Assembly: GCA_951406725.2 (NCBI GenBank)
Contig: OX597836.1
Coordinates: 19,344,001 to 19,408,000 of the forward strand
DNA from: Octopus vulgaris
Lineage: Eukaryota
Direction of reading: 5' to 3'
DNA length: 64,000 bases
In this document: in pieces, positions 13,471 to 26,273 of the stretch
How the letters are laid out: each line of letters opens with the position of its first letter
How positions within the stretch are numbered: position 1 is the stretch's first letter
Position numbers and translations under genes: made by a program
The notes under the pieces: model-generated
What the model was told of the DNA's origin: nothing
Databases searched by the model: none
Seen by the model: the letters and a program-made list of their open reading frames with translations, nothing else

Positions 13471-13565
13471 TGCGGTACATATGTTTCGGGCTTTATAGAA
13501 CAACTTATTCTTACATCAATGCATAATCGACATAACAGATAGTTCAAAAGCCCTCTTCAGCCACA
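13471..13565 (-). ncRNA. Type I hammerhead ribozyme (Penelope-like element remnant)
   Basis: - strand: TGTGG-CTGAAGA-GGGCTTT...AAAGCCC-GAAAC-ATAT-GTA^CCGCA. Complete core, 7-bp stem II, palindromic stem III (ACATATGT), 5-bp stem I. Confidence 0.78.
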
Positions 13566-13776
13566 TGCAATTGCTACACCAAAGACTTGTATCACATTAT
13601 AACAGGTTTGAGAAAAAACATTTGGTATAGTTTATAATGGTAGGTAAACTGAGTATCATTGGGAAAGTATGTTTGTAAATCTTCATAATCAGATATTATT
13701 AGACTCCAAAACAAATCGTCCATACCGTTTTTTTCACTCGATATAGAATGTGTGAGTTATCGTGTGTGTGTGTGTC

Positions 13777-13828
<52 letters not shown>

Positions 13829-13834
13829 CATACA

Positions 13835-13897
<63 letters not shown>

Positions 13898-13948
13898 TAA
13901 CTCACACATTTATATTCTGGTAAAAAACCGATTAGCAGAAGAACTCAC

Positions 13949-14051
13949 GTGACTGTTGCGATACTTGAAAGTCTTCAAATCGTGTGGATACGCAGTAGTT
14001 GACAATATCTGATATTTCTTTGGTAATTTTATGCCTTCGTGTTGATACATC
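13949..14051 (-). CDS. PLCL: PLCL exon 13: Y-domain start
   Basis: tttag|...|gtgag; DVSTRRHKITKEISDIVNYCVSTRFEDFQVSQQS; 103 nt, phase 0-1. Confidence 0.88.
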
Positions 14052-16232
14052 CTAAAATGGAGAACATATATGGTATTTACCAAAGTCTTGTATTGAAATA
14101 TCAACAGACAAGCCAAAAACTAGTCAGGCAGAAGCTATCTCTGAGATGGGCAATGTAAAAGGAAATTAACTCAAATAAACAAATAAATATAAAAAAATTA
14201 AAAGATAGACTTCACATCAGTCTAACAACTCCAATTTGGTTTATTATGAGAAAGAAACAACACAAAGTTACTGAACTTACAAAAAATGTTGACTAATCTT
14301 TGGTTTAAAACTTTGCAAAAGTGAAGTTGTCACTCAAATATATAGCATATAAATAAAAAAAAAGAAGGATTCCTGAACTATATATTTCTTTACTGCCCAC
14401 AAGGGGCTAAACATAGAGGGGACAAACAAGGACAAACAAAGGGATTAAGTCGATTACATCAACCCCAGTGCGAAACTGGTACTTATTTAATTGACCCCGA
14501 AAGGATGAAAGGCAAAGTCGACCTTAGCGGAATTTAAACTCAGAACGTAGCGACAGACGAAATACCTATTTCTTTATTGCCCACAAGGGGTTAAACATAG
14601 AGGGGACAAACAAGGACAGATAAAGTGATTAAGTCGATTACATCGACCCCAGTGCGAAACTGGTACTTTATTTATCGACACCAAAAGAATGAAAGGCAAA
14701 GTCGACCTTGGCGGAATTTGAACACAGAACGTAACGACAGACGAAATACTGCTAAGCATTTTGTCTGGCATGCTAACGTGTCTGCCAGCTCGCCGCCTAT
14801 AGACATATCTATAGGTTTAGGTTTGTCAAGGGTGTAAACATTATGCCTATATAATATATGTCTGAAGACAGAAAACAAGGGAATAGTTGTATGTATATTT
14901 CATACATATCATCATCGTTTAACGTCCGTTTTCCGTGCTAGCACAGGTTGGATGGTTCGACTGGGGTCTGGGAAGCCAGGAAGCTGCACCAGGCTCCAGT
15001 CTGATCTGGCAGTGTTTATACAGCTGGATGCCCTTCCTAACGCAAATCACTCCGTGAGTGTAGTGGGTGCTTTTTACATGCCACCAGCACAGATGCCAGG
15101 GGAGGCTGGCATCGGCCACGTTCGGATGGTGCTTTTTACGTGCCACCGGCACAGGTATCACAACAACAATTTCCATAGATAGTAAAAATGGTACAGAGTT
15201 GCTGACAATGATACCAACAAGAACTAAACCATCCATACAAACTGATCTCTCTCTTTTCCTGTCTACAAATATTAATAATAATAATGGTTTCAAATTTTGG
15301 CACAAGGCCAGCAATTCCAGGGTAGGTGGGGGGGGTGATTCGAAAATGTCAACCCCGGTACTCAACTGGTACTTATTTTATAGACCCAGAAAGGATGGAA
15401 GGTAAAGTCAACCTCGGCAGAATTTGAACTCAGAACATAAAGGCATGAAATGCTGATAAGCGTTTTGCACAGCATGCTAACAATTCTGCCAGCTCACTGC
15501 CTTAATAACAACAACAGCAACAACAATTTCTACTATTGGCATAAGGTCCGAAAAATTTTTTTGCATGGGGTGGGAGTGAGGAACGAGTGAATTTCATTTT
15601 CTCTCCACTCCCCAGTACTTTACTTGTACTTATTTTATCAACCCTAGGAGGATGAAAGTGAAGCTGACCTCGGCAGAATTTGAACTCAGAACAGAAATCT
15701 GAAAGAAATGCTGGTAAGAATTTTGTCCAGCATGTGAATGATTCTGCCAGATCACCCTCCTCCTCCTCCTCCTCCTACTACTACTACTACTACTACTACT
15801 ACTAATAATAATAATAATAGTAATAGTAATAATCATAATAATAATAATAATAATAATAATAAATGCCCTGATGCAGTCCCAGGCAGTGGCTCTCGTGGCT
15901 TCTCATCTTAACTGATTGGAAGTGTTATGTACATTGTTTTGTCTTGGTATAAAAGATGGGCTACAGCAAATATTCTGCTCAGTACCACAGATTTGCTTGT
16001 CAGTTTTTTTTACCTTAACCAGTTGAGCATGTCCCTTAGCGGCTGACGATATATGCATCTCTGATCACGAGCAGAAGTAGTGGGGGAGCATCATAGCTGT
16101 GTGTTGAAAGGAATTCTTGGAGGTTTGGATAATTCACCTTTGGAAACATGGGTGGTTCGTTTAACATCCTTAAACGATCCTTATTCAGGGACCTTTTGAG
16201 TGCCCTCTCACTCAACAACAACAATAATAATG

Positions 16233-16281
<49 letters not shown>

Positions 16282-16438
16282 TAACAATAATAATATCATT
16301 AATAACAACAACAACATGTTTTTCAAAACCTTAAATATCCTTGTTACTCTTGTTTCAAAAATGGAAACTCTTGGAGCATTTCACAAACCACAAATAATAA
16401 AGGTGACGACGATGATGACTATGATGGTGGTAAGGATG

Positions 16439-16477
<39 letters not shown>

Positions 16478-16597
16478 TTAATAATGATAATTGTTGGCGG
16501 TTAAAAGAAGAAAGAGAAGAAGCACAGAAGCATTAAAGAGAAGCGTAAGATGTCCTTCAAGATTGGAATAGCTAAACAATTAAGTACCAGTAAATAC

Positions 16598-16693
16598 CCT
16601 ATTATTTGTCTTTTTCCACTCCACCTCCGAACCTTCATCTTCATCAGTGACAAAGCCATCTAGTGCAGTGCAATCAGGTGCCAGTTTCTTGGC
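16598..16693 (-). CDS. PLCL: PLCL exon 12: X-domain end and acidic X-Y linker
   Basis: cacag|GCC AAG AAA...AGG|gtattt; AKKLAPDCTALDGFVTDEDEGSEVEWKKTNNR; 96 nt, phase 0-0. The donor is weak but frame-preserving. Confidence 0.85.
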
Positions 16694-16776
16694 CTGTGAA
16701 CGAGAAAGTTGGGGGTGCAAGTGATACAAAGTGAAACGGCAGGGAGACAGAGAGAGACGGACAGACAGACAGCGAT

Positions 16777-16907
16777 AGACAGGGACACAGAGAAGACAGG
16801 GACACAGAGAAGACAGGGACACAGAGAAGACAGGGACACAGAGAAGACAGGGACACAGAGAAGACAGGGACACAGAGAAGACAGGGACACAGAGAAGACA
16901 GGGACAC
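16777..16907. repeat. 17-bp minisatellite (AGGGACACAGAGAAGAC), about 7 copies
   Basis: Direct inspection; lies just upstream of the exon 12 acceptor in the pre-mRNA. Confidence 0.9.
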
Positions 16908-17085
16908 ATAAGCTGCTGGTAGGAAAAAAGAGCGAGATCAAAAGTAGACAGCAATGTTACTTCAGGTTTATTTATGGATGTGATTTCAACAATACTTTTT
17001 GCATACATTCACCCGCTGTCGGTTTTTTTTTATCGGACATTCTCAAAATTCCTCTGTTCAACTTACATCTCTACAAGTTCTAGGA

Positions 17086-17292
17086 CAGGGGTGGGCAAAC
17101 TACGGCCCGCCATAGGTTTTCATGCGGCCCGCCGAGAGGAATATTTCACAAAATTTCCTTTCAATCAATTGTGTGTTTATAGGTCTATAACCGCCTTTAA
17201 AAATATTTCCACTTGATTCTTATAAATGAGGCCCGCCAAGGTTCCAAAGACGCACTGTGCGGCCCGCGATCAAAAAAGTTCGCCCACCCCTG
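17086..17292. mobile_element. hAT (Charlie-like) MITE
   Basis: TIR CAGGGGTGGGCAAACT / AGTTCGCCCACCCCTG and perfect 8-bp TSD TTCTAGGA. Confidence 0.88.
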
Positions 17293-17341
17293 TTCTAGGA
17301 TGATTTTATTAAGAATACATGTGTGCATATACGCATATGTA

Positions 17342-17382
<41 letters not shown>

Positions 17383-19685
17383 GTATATCTGTAATTCATG
17401 TGTATATGTTTATGTATACGTGTTTTTATGCATGGAAATATGTTTGTATATATATATGTATTTATATGTATGCACACACAAAATAGTAAATGATTCACTA
17501 AATAATTTTAGGCGAGGGTGAACAAAACATTCGAGCGAGGTCGTTGCCAGTGCTGCTGGACTGACTCCTGTGCAGGTCCCCAATATTCATTCATTTAACC
17601 CTTTCGTTGCCAAACTGGCTCTGGCTCCGAGTACAAGTGTCTTGTTTGCATAAGTTTTGAATTATAATCTTCCACCAAACCTTAGTCACAATTGACTGAA
17701 ACAAGTAAAAGATAAAAGATACACACACACACACATGCAAACATATATCCACATACACAATACACTTAAGAATATAGTTCCATGTTGAGAGCTTTACAAT
17801 GTGTTCACAACTTTGAAAGACAAATTTCAACTCAGTCGATGTAGAACTATTTGTTCCAGTATATTTGTCCAGCTGCTATCCACTGACAGGTTAGAGGAAG
17901 CTTCATTTGTCGACCCACTTCAGGAGAGGACAATAAAGCTGTGAAGTAGTACTAAATATGTTATTTAATGTGTTTTATCCAAATTTTCTTTCTATTTTTT
18001 TCATCATCATCGTTTAACGTCCACCTTCCATGCTAGCATGGGTTGGACGATTTGACTGATGACTGGCAAACCAGATGGCTGCACCAGGCTCCAATCTGAT
18101 CCGGCAGAGTTTCTACAGCTGGATGCCCTTCCTAACGCGAACCACTCCGAGAGTGTAGTGGGTGCTTTTAAAGTGCCACCGGCTCGAGGGCCAGTCTGGC
18201 AGTACTGGCAACGGCCACACTCAAAAATAGTGTTCTTTACGTGCCACCTGCACAGGAGCCAGTCCAGCAGCACTGGCAACGACCTCGCTCGAATGTTTTG
18301 TTCACCCTCACCTAAAATTATTTAGTGAATCATTTACTGTTTTGTGTGTGCATACATATAAATACATATATATATACAAACATATTTCCATGCATAAAAA
18401 CACGTATAAATAAACATATATACATGAATTACAGATATACATACATACATATATATATATATACATACATACATATATATATATGCCCATACATACACAT
18501 GTGGAGGTGCAATGGCCCAGTTGGGGCAGTGGACTCGCGGTCGTAGGATCGCGGTTTCGTTTCCCAGACCAGGCGTTGTGAGTGTTTATTGAGCGAAAAC
18601 ACCTAAAGTTCCACGAGGCTCTGGCAGGGAGTGGTGGTGATCACTGCTGTACTCTTTCGCCACAACTTTCTCTCACTCTTCCTTCTGTTGGCCTGCTCGC
18701 TTAGCCAGCGGGGTGGCGTCACTTGAAGGCTAAAACAATGCGAAGCGCATTGTGACCAGCGATGTGTAGCAACATCTGATAGCTTGGTCGGTCACGGTGA
18801 TCACGGTGACATATATACACATATATGCACACACGTATTTTTAATAAAATCATCCTAAATTAACGTGGAACTGATAGAAATATCTAAAGAGTTATGATAA
18901 AGCTGTATAGTGCAAGATCAGAACTGATCGAGCAAGATCTATTATGATCAAAAATATTCCAGTCGTGGCCATCCTATCTTTCTCCTGAGCACTGTGAACC
19001 TGGAACAACATGTAAGACAATGAGGGAATTTGGTGGCATTTCTAGCAAGTCAGGGCATCATGTACAAGCTTACTTGGTTGGTGATGGTGGTAGTGGTGAT
19101 GTTCATGATGTTGCTATTCGGGCGGGAGTGGAAAGTGTGGTGGTTGTGGTTGCAGTGTTGGTGGTAGTGTGTACTAATAGTAAGGAAAATAATGGTGGCG
19201 GTAGTGGTGGTGGTGATGACACAGAAACTGAGTCTGTAAACAATATTGATACCCTGAAGAGACTCCAGTATGAGGTGGGGCTATCTGTATTTAGCATGGA
19301 TGAATTAATTCTCTAAATAAATAAAAAAAATAGCTGGTGGGTTGAGGGGTCGTGAGTCAAATTCCTTAATGGTTGACTGGCTTTCAACAGACAAACATTT
19401 GTGTAAAGGTGAGAGGAATATTACACTGTGGGGTAACTTGAGAGTAATTAATTTCACAGCAACAATGACAACAACATCGTAAACATCAACAACTACAATA
19501 ATAAACCACAGCAGCAGTAGTATATAGGACATGAAGTACTGTAACAAAATATCTTGGATCGATGGCATTAAAGAATGGCAAATAGTTTTGTCTCAGATGA
19601 AAACTCAGATGAAAGCAATTCAAGTTGCTTTGAAAAAAATACAAAAAGTTTTAAATATGTTTGTCATGTAATACCAATGAAAATC

Positions 19686-19966
19686 TGATCTTTTCATTTT
19701 GAAAGCCAGATTTTTCTAGTTAACTAAATAATTTGAAACTTCATATACTGGAAGAATGTGTCAAAAGAAAACAATAATTTCAACTAGTTTTTTTGTCAAA
19801 AATTTGGTTAAAATTCGAATTATTAAACAACGTTAAACTTAGAAATTACAATTCCGTTTTCATTTTGGTTTACAATTATGTTTTCTTTTGACACATTCTA
19901 CCAGTATACGAAGTTTCAAATTGCTTAGTTAACTAGGAAAATCTGGCCTTCAAACTGAAAAGATCC
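19686..19966. mobile_element. MITE with about 90-bp TIRs and 8-bp TSD (possibly Merlin-like)
   Basis: Long inverted arms ending GAAAAGATCC; TSD TGAAAATC on both sides. Superfamily is inferred from GG/CC termini and TSD length. Confidence 0.72.
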
Positions 19967-20021
19967 TGAAAATCTTTTAATCTTACATACCATCACCACC
20001 ACCACTAATAATAATCCTTTC

Positions 20022-20700
20022 GGATCTTTTCGGTTTGAACGGCAGTTTTTAACATAATTTCTAGGTAGCTAAAAAATTTTTTAAACTTCATATACTGGTA
20101 GAATGTGTTTATAAAACATCTTTTTCTCTTGGCTTTATTGAGAAAATTCTATAGTTTGTAAGATATTTGTTGTTTTTTTTTCTTCAATTTCTGCAATTTC
20201 AACCAATCAATGATATTATTGGTTTCAATCAAACTGTTCAACCTGTGCCACCAGTTTGGAAAATGGATGCTACATGTTCATATGTTTATTTTTGGAACTT
20301 TTTCGATTTGAACAGCAGTTTTTAACATAATTTCTAGGTAACTAAAAAAATTTTAAACTTCGTATACTGGTAGAATGTGTTTATAAAACATCTTTTTCTC
20401 TTGGCTTTATTGAGAAAATTCTATAGTTTGTAAGATATTTGTTGCTTTTTTTTTCTTCAATTTCAACCAATCACTGACGTCCATTGAGGTAAAAAAAACA
20501 TTCTGTGCCGTATGAATATGTCCCTCGTTTAAGAAACAGATTGGGTTTATTTACATTTGTGAAAGAAAAAGATACCCTTCCCCCCACCCCTAACCCTAAA
20601 ACAGATTGAAATGCAATAGATCGATTCTAGGGTCATAATTATGGGTGACAATTTCATATGACACCGCTAGAAAAAACTGCCGTTCAAACCGAAAAGATCC
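20022..20700. mobile_element. Related non-autonomous DNA transposon with 8-bp TSD (possibly Merlin-like)
   Basis: 29-bp TIR GGATCTTTTCGGTTTGAACGGCAGTTTTT, TSD ATCCTTTC, and an internal duplication of its 5' about 190 bp. Confidence 0.78.
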
Positions 20701-21101
20701 ATCCTTTCTAATAGAGGCACAAGGCCTGAAATTTTATGGGGAAGGGTTTAGTTGATTACATCGATCCCAGTGTTTCACTGGTACTTATTTTATTGACCCC
20801 AAAAGAATGAAAGGCAATGTCAACTTTAGCAGAATTTGAACTCAGAACATAAAGACGGATGAAATGCCACTAAGCATTTCGCCTGGCGTGCTAACAATTC
20901 TGCCAGCTCACTGCCTTAATAATAATAATAATAATTATAATAATTTCAAATTTTGGTACAAGGCTAGCAATTCTGAAGAGGGGGGGGCTAGTCGATTGCT
21001 TTTTTATCAACTATGAAAGGATGAAAGGCAAAGTTGACCCCAGCAGAATTTGGAAACGGATGAGATGCCATTAGGTATTTTGCCCAGTGTACTAATGATT
21101 C

Positions 21102-21156
<55 letters not shown>

Positions 21157-21980
21157 CCATGTGTCTGTGTTTGTCCCCCACCACTACTTGACAACCAGTG
21201 TTGGTGTGTTTGAGCCCCCGTAACTTAGTGGTTCAACAAAAGAGTCCAACTGAATAAGTACTAGGCTTAAAAAAAATAAACCCTGGGGTTGATTTGTTCG
21301 TCTAAAACTGTTCAAGCTGCTGCCCCAGCATGGCCACAGTCAAATGACTGAAACGAGTAAAAGATACACACACACACACACACATGCAAACATATATCCA
21401 CATACACAACACACTTGAGAATATAGTTCCATGTTGAGAGCTTTACAATGTGTTCACAACTTTGAAAGACAAACTTCCACTTGGCAACCACATAAATGCT
21501 TCCTTGTTGATTTGTCTTTTTATCAGTTCAAAAGATAAGAGATAACAAGAAGAGGTGCACGACACTCCAAAATGTAGGCCATAGAACATCGTAATGTAGG
21601 AATAAGTGGCTTTACAACATTCGATACAAACAACCTACCAAAGGCCGCCCTTGGTCTCTGTTCCAAATCCATACTTTCAAAGTCGACACACTTGAATTAA
21701 AATTTTGATCAAAATTTCATTATTTAGTAAATAATAATGAAAGTTTGCAGTCGGTAAAATTTCTGTTCTGGGAAGTTTTAGCTTTAGAACCACAGATAAT
21801 TAAATATTCTTTTACTTGTTTCAGTCATTTGACTGCGGCCATGCTGGAGCACCGCCTTTAGTTGAGCAAATCGACCCCAGGACTTATTCTTTGTAAGCCT
21901 AGTACTTATTCTATCGGCCTCTCTTGCCGAACAGTTAAGTTACAGAGATGTAAACACACCAAGCGATGTTGGGGGGACAA

Positions 21981-22060
<80 letters not shown>

Positions 22061-23526
22061 GACGTGCTTTTTTCAGTTTCCGTCTACCAAATCCACTCAC
22101 AAAGCTTTGGTCGGCCCGAGGCTATAGTAGAAGACACTTGCCCAAGGTGCCACGCAGTGGGACTGAACACGGAACCATGGGGTTGGTTAGCAAGCTACTT
22201 TACCACACAGCCACTCCTATGCCTAAATACATAATTAATTCATATTGTTTCAGATCTAACTGTACACAGTGCAAATAATTTTATTTCTATTGGTTAACAG
22301 GTATAAACACTGATCAGCAAATAATTTTGCTTGCTGCAATTATAAACAAAGTCAGTGTCTTGCTTAGGCCCATAAGGTATAGGTGCTTTTGGTTGATGAG
22401 ATACCACATGTCGAAACACCAGTGTCCCAGAATTCCTTACACCAAGTGTGTTATGAATGCATGATTGTTGTAAAAGAAGTTTTTCTCCTGTGACGTACAC
22501 AACAGCCAATAGCATATTTTCTGTCTGAGTCTGCTGGAACATACTGGTTGCAAATTTTGGCACAAAGCCAGCAATTTTAGGGAAAGGGTAAGTTGATTAC
22601 AGCGCCCCCGGTGTTCTACTGGAACTCATTTTATTCACCTCCCCAAAAAGGGATGAAAGCTAAAGTCAACCTCAGCAGAATTTGAACTCAGGACATAAGG
22701 ACAGATGAGATGCTGCTAAGCATTTTACTTGGTGTGCTAACAATTCTGCCAGCTCACTGCCTCAGTCTACTGGAACATACTCTCTCTCTTTTACTCTTTT
22801 ACTTGTTTCAGTCATTTGGCTGCAGCCATGCTGGAGCACCGCCTTTAGTCGAGCAAATCGACCCCGGGACTTATTCTTTGTAAGCCCAGTACTCATTTTA
22901 TCGGTCTCTTTTGCCGAACCGCTAAGTGACAGGGACGTAAACACACCAGCATTGGTTGTCAAGCAATGCTAGGGGGACAAACACAGACACACAAACATAC
23001 ATATATATATATATACATATATACGACAGGATTCTTTCAGTTTCCGTCTACCAAATCCACTCACAAGGCATTGGTCGGCCCGGGGCTATAGCAGAAGACA
23101 CTTGCCCAAGATGCCACGCAGCGGGACTGAACCCGGAACCATGTGGTTGGTTAGCAAGCTACTTACCACACAGCCACTCCAAGAATAAATATGAAAATCA
23201 TAATTTTGGATCTTGTTGTACACAATGCAAATAACAATTGTTTTAATTGAAGTTAGTCATCATCATTAACATACACTAGTGTTACAGAGAAGACAGTGTG
23301 TACCTATAATAAACCCAATTCTTAGATACAGACGGGTGCATTTGATTGTGTGTGAGACATCAGGAGGGCAGCGAAATGGCAGAATCATTACAGCATCAGA
23401 CTCCGCTCAGAGTTTTAATATCTCTTATGTTTAGAGTTCAATTCCAGTGTTTCCATTCTTTTCTGTTTTAGGGTGCTAGAAAGTGTACCAGGCTCCAATC
23501 TTGATTTGGCAGAGTTTCTACCTTAA

Positions 23527-23747
23527 CCCTTCAGCATTCAAACCGGCCATATCTGGCCAAAATATTTAACCTGTTTTATATTGAAACTGACCAGATCTCG
23601 CCTCTCACCTCAGCCCTACCATGTCATTCTAAAACTAAAAAAATCACATCACTGAAATCTCTAAACTACAAGATAATGCATGATTAATTCAAACCATTTT
23701 CAATAAACAAACATCACATTTGACAGAATAATCTGAACACTAAAGGG
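23527..23747. mobile_element. Second piggyBac-like MITE family
   Basis: TTAA|CCCTT...AAGGG|TTAA; decayed relative at about 49490-49722. Confidence 0.7.
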
Positions 23748-23759
23748 TTAAAATATTTT

Positions 23760-25040
23760 TTTTCCTGAAACATCAGGGGCAAATTTCAAAGTTTCTCTTA
23801 ATCTAGATCTCCTGATTTTTTCCATGTAATTACTGAGATATCACTGCTGATATCCAATTGTAACTTTATGTTTGTGTTATTAATTTTTACATACACAATT
23901 TTCCTTTGAGTTTATATTTCTTGTCATCGATAACCTACTTACATGATTTTTTCTGCTGAACTGTTTTTTAGGTTTTGTTTTGCAGTGTGATTTTTTATGA
24001 CCTATCTTACCACACTTGAAGCATTTTATATTTCTAAACAGACACTTACTTTTAAAATGTAGACCATCACACCCATAACATGGATTTGGTCTTGACAGTT
24101 TTTTTCTAATCTGATACCAATTGACATGCATGAATATGAGAGCAATCTTTCTCTTCAATTTTATCTGTGTCTTGTCATAGATTTATAATCCTGACATTCT
24201 TCTACTACTGCCTGTAGGGTTAAAATTCAGTCCTGTTCTAATTTTGTGACTATCTGGGAAGCATCTTTGCTTGCAGTAAGACTTTGAACAAAAATTAAAC
24301 ATGGGACCAACTCATTCAATTTGAATTTCTCACACTCTCTATTAACCGCTCTGGCATAGGTGACAAAAATTTTTTTGACCAAATTTAAACATTGCCATTT
24401 AGTATTGAACAGGGAACTTCTTCCACTGAAAATTTTCTACAAAATATTGTTTCATCGAAACAAATTTCACCTGGTTTCTTTGGCAGAATATAGTTACTAT
24501 ATTTTTTGCGTTTGGTAGGGGATATCTTTCTTAAAAGTAGTCATACTTTTATCTTGTTGGACCAACTTTTACATTCTTCTTTAAAGATTTCTTTATATCA
24601 TTGAAAATATGCAGAGAAGGTAATCCCTTCTAGATTATAGCTAAATTCTTCAACTGAGTTTGCTACACTGTTTGGCAATAAACCTTCATCTACGACGATT
24701 TCATCTCAATTGAAGGAGAGGGGCTTTCTCCGTCCGGGTTGCGGATCTGTGGAATAAGCTGCCAGACGAGATAGTGAAGATGCCGACGACCGCTCGGTTC
24801 AAAGTCTCTCTTGACCAGAAATGGCCTGAACTCTTTGTATGACCACCCTCCCTGTACATAACTCCCTGTCCCCCTACATGGCCTTGTTTTTGCTTTTTGA
24901 GCCAATAAAATTGAATTGAAAAAAAATTGAATTGAAAAAAAAAATTGAATTGTTAAAACGACTTTTTCTTTGGTTTCATACCAAAAATAAATAAATAAAT
25001 GTCCAATGCAAGCTTTGAACAACTCATCACCACTTTTATA
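23760..25040 (-). mobile_element. Decayed Gypsy-like LTR retrotransposon gag/protease region, interrupted by a CR1-like 3' fragment (about 24690-24890, + strand)
   Basis: Zinc knuckles CYGCDGLHFKSKC and CFKCGKIGHKKSHC with surrounding frameshifts. The insert translates ...AFSVRVADLWNKLPDE. Confidence 0.65.
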
Positions 25041-25493
25041 TCCTGGTGTTGGATTATAATTTAATGAAGCAGTGAGGAAAGAAATTATTTAAATGATGCA
25101 ATACAATTACTATTACACAAGACACAACATTCTCAATCAACGGCTCACAGGGAACTGCTTGCCAATCTGAACTGACAATTGCTCACACTTCTATATTTTA
25201 TAACAATGAGTCAGTCTACCTTTAGTCACATGGGAGTGGTTGGAACCCTCCACAACAGGTACACTGGATGTGCAATGTCAGTGTGTATGCATGATAGAGT
25301 AAGTGTCTTGAGAGAAAAGTTGGGCATATGAGGCATCAGATGTGGTGTGCAAGAGAGACGACTGTGCTTGTATGGTAATATGATGCTTATGGTTCAAATT
25401 CCGCCGAGGTCGACTTTGCCTTTCGTCCTTTCGGGGTCGATGAATTAAGTACCAGTTACGCACTGAGGTCGATGTAATCGACTTAATCCCTTT

Positions 25494-26224
25494 GTCTGTC
25501 CTTGTTTGTCCCCTCTGTATTTAGCCCCTTGTGGGTTGTAAAGAAATAAATATGATGCTCATGGATGAGGACAGATGTGTAAAGAAGTGCTGATCTCTGC
25601 CTGTGGAAGAGGTAGACCCAGGAAGACATGGGACAGGGTGGTGAAGCATGATCTTTGAACACTGGGCCTCACAGAGACAACGACAAGTGACCGAGACCTT
25701 TGGTGATATGTTGTGCTTAGAAGACCTGTCAAGCCAAGTCTGTCCTTGTTTGTCCCCTCTGTATTTAGCCCCTTGTGGGTTGTAAAGAAATAAATATGAT
25801 GCTCATGGATGAGGACAGATGTGTAAGTGCTGATCTCTGCCTGTGGAAGAGGTAGACCCAGGAAGACATGGGACAGGGTGGTGAAGCATGATCTTTGAAC
25901 ACTGGGCCTCACAGAGACAACGACAAGTGACCGAGACCTTTGGTGATATGTTGTGCTTAAGAAGACCTGTCAAGCCAAGTCTGTCCTTGTTTGTCCCCTC
26001 TGTATTTAGCCCCTTGTGGGTTGTAAAGAAATAAATATGATGCTCATGGATGAGGACAGATGTGTAAAGAAGTGCTGATCTCTGCCTGTGGAAGAGGTAG
26101 ACCCAGAAGACATGGGACAGGGTGGTGAAGCATGATCTTTGAACACTGGGCCTCACAGAGACAACGACAAGTGACCGAGACCTTTGGTGATATGTTGTGC
26201 TTAAGAAGACCTGTCAAGCCAAGT
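25494..26224. repeat. Three tandem copies of an about 243-bp composite unit (SINE tail plus RTE fragment)
   Basis: Units start at 25494, 25738 and 25979 and are near-identical. Confidence 0.9.
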
Positions 26225-26273
26225 GAAATAGCAGTTGTGGCCAACGTAACTGGCACTCGTGCTGGTGGCACAT

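Noticed and set aside
16587-16597. Alternative donor GTACTT just downstream of the exon 12 donor
   Set aside because: It would shift the frame relative to phase-0 exon 13.
20587-20598. Telomere-like CCCTAACCCTAA
   Set aside because: Only two units, internal to a DNA transposon.
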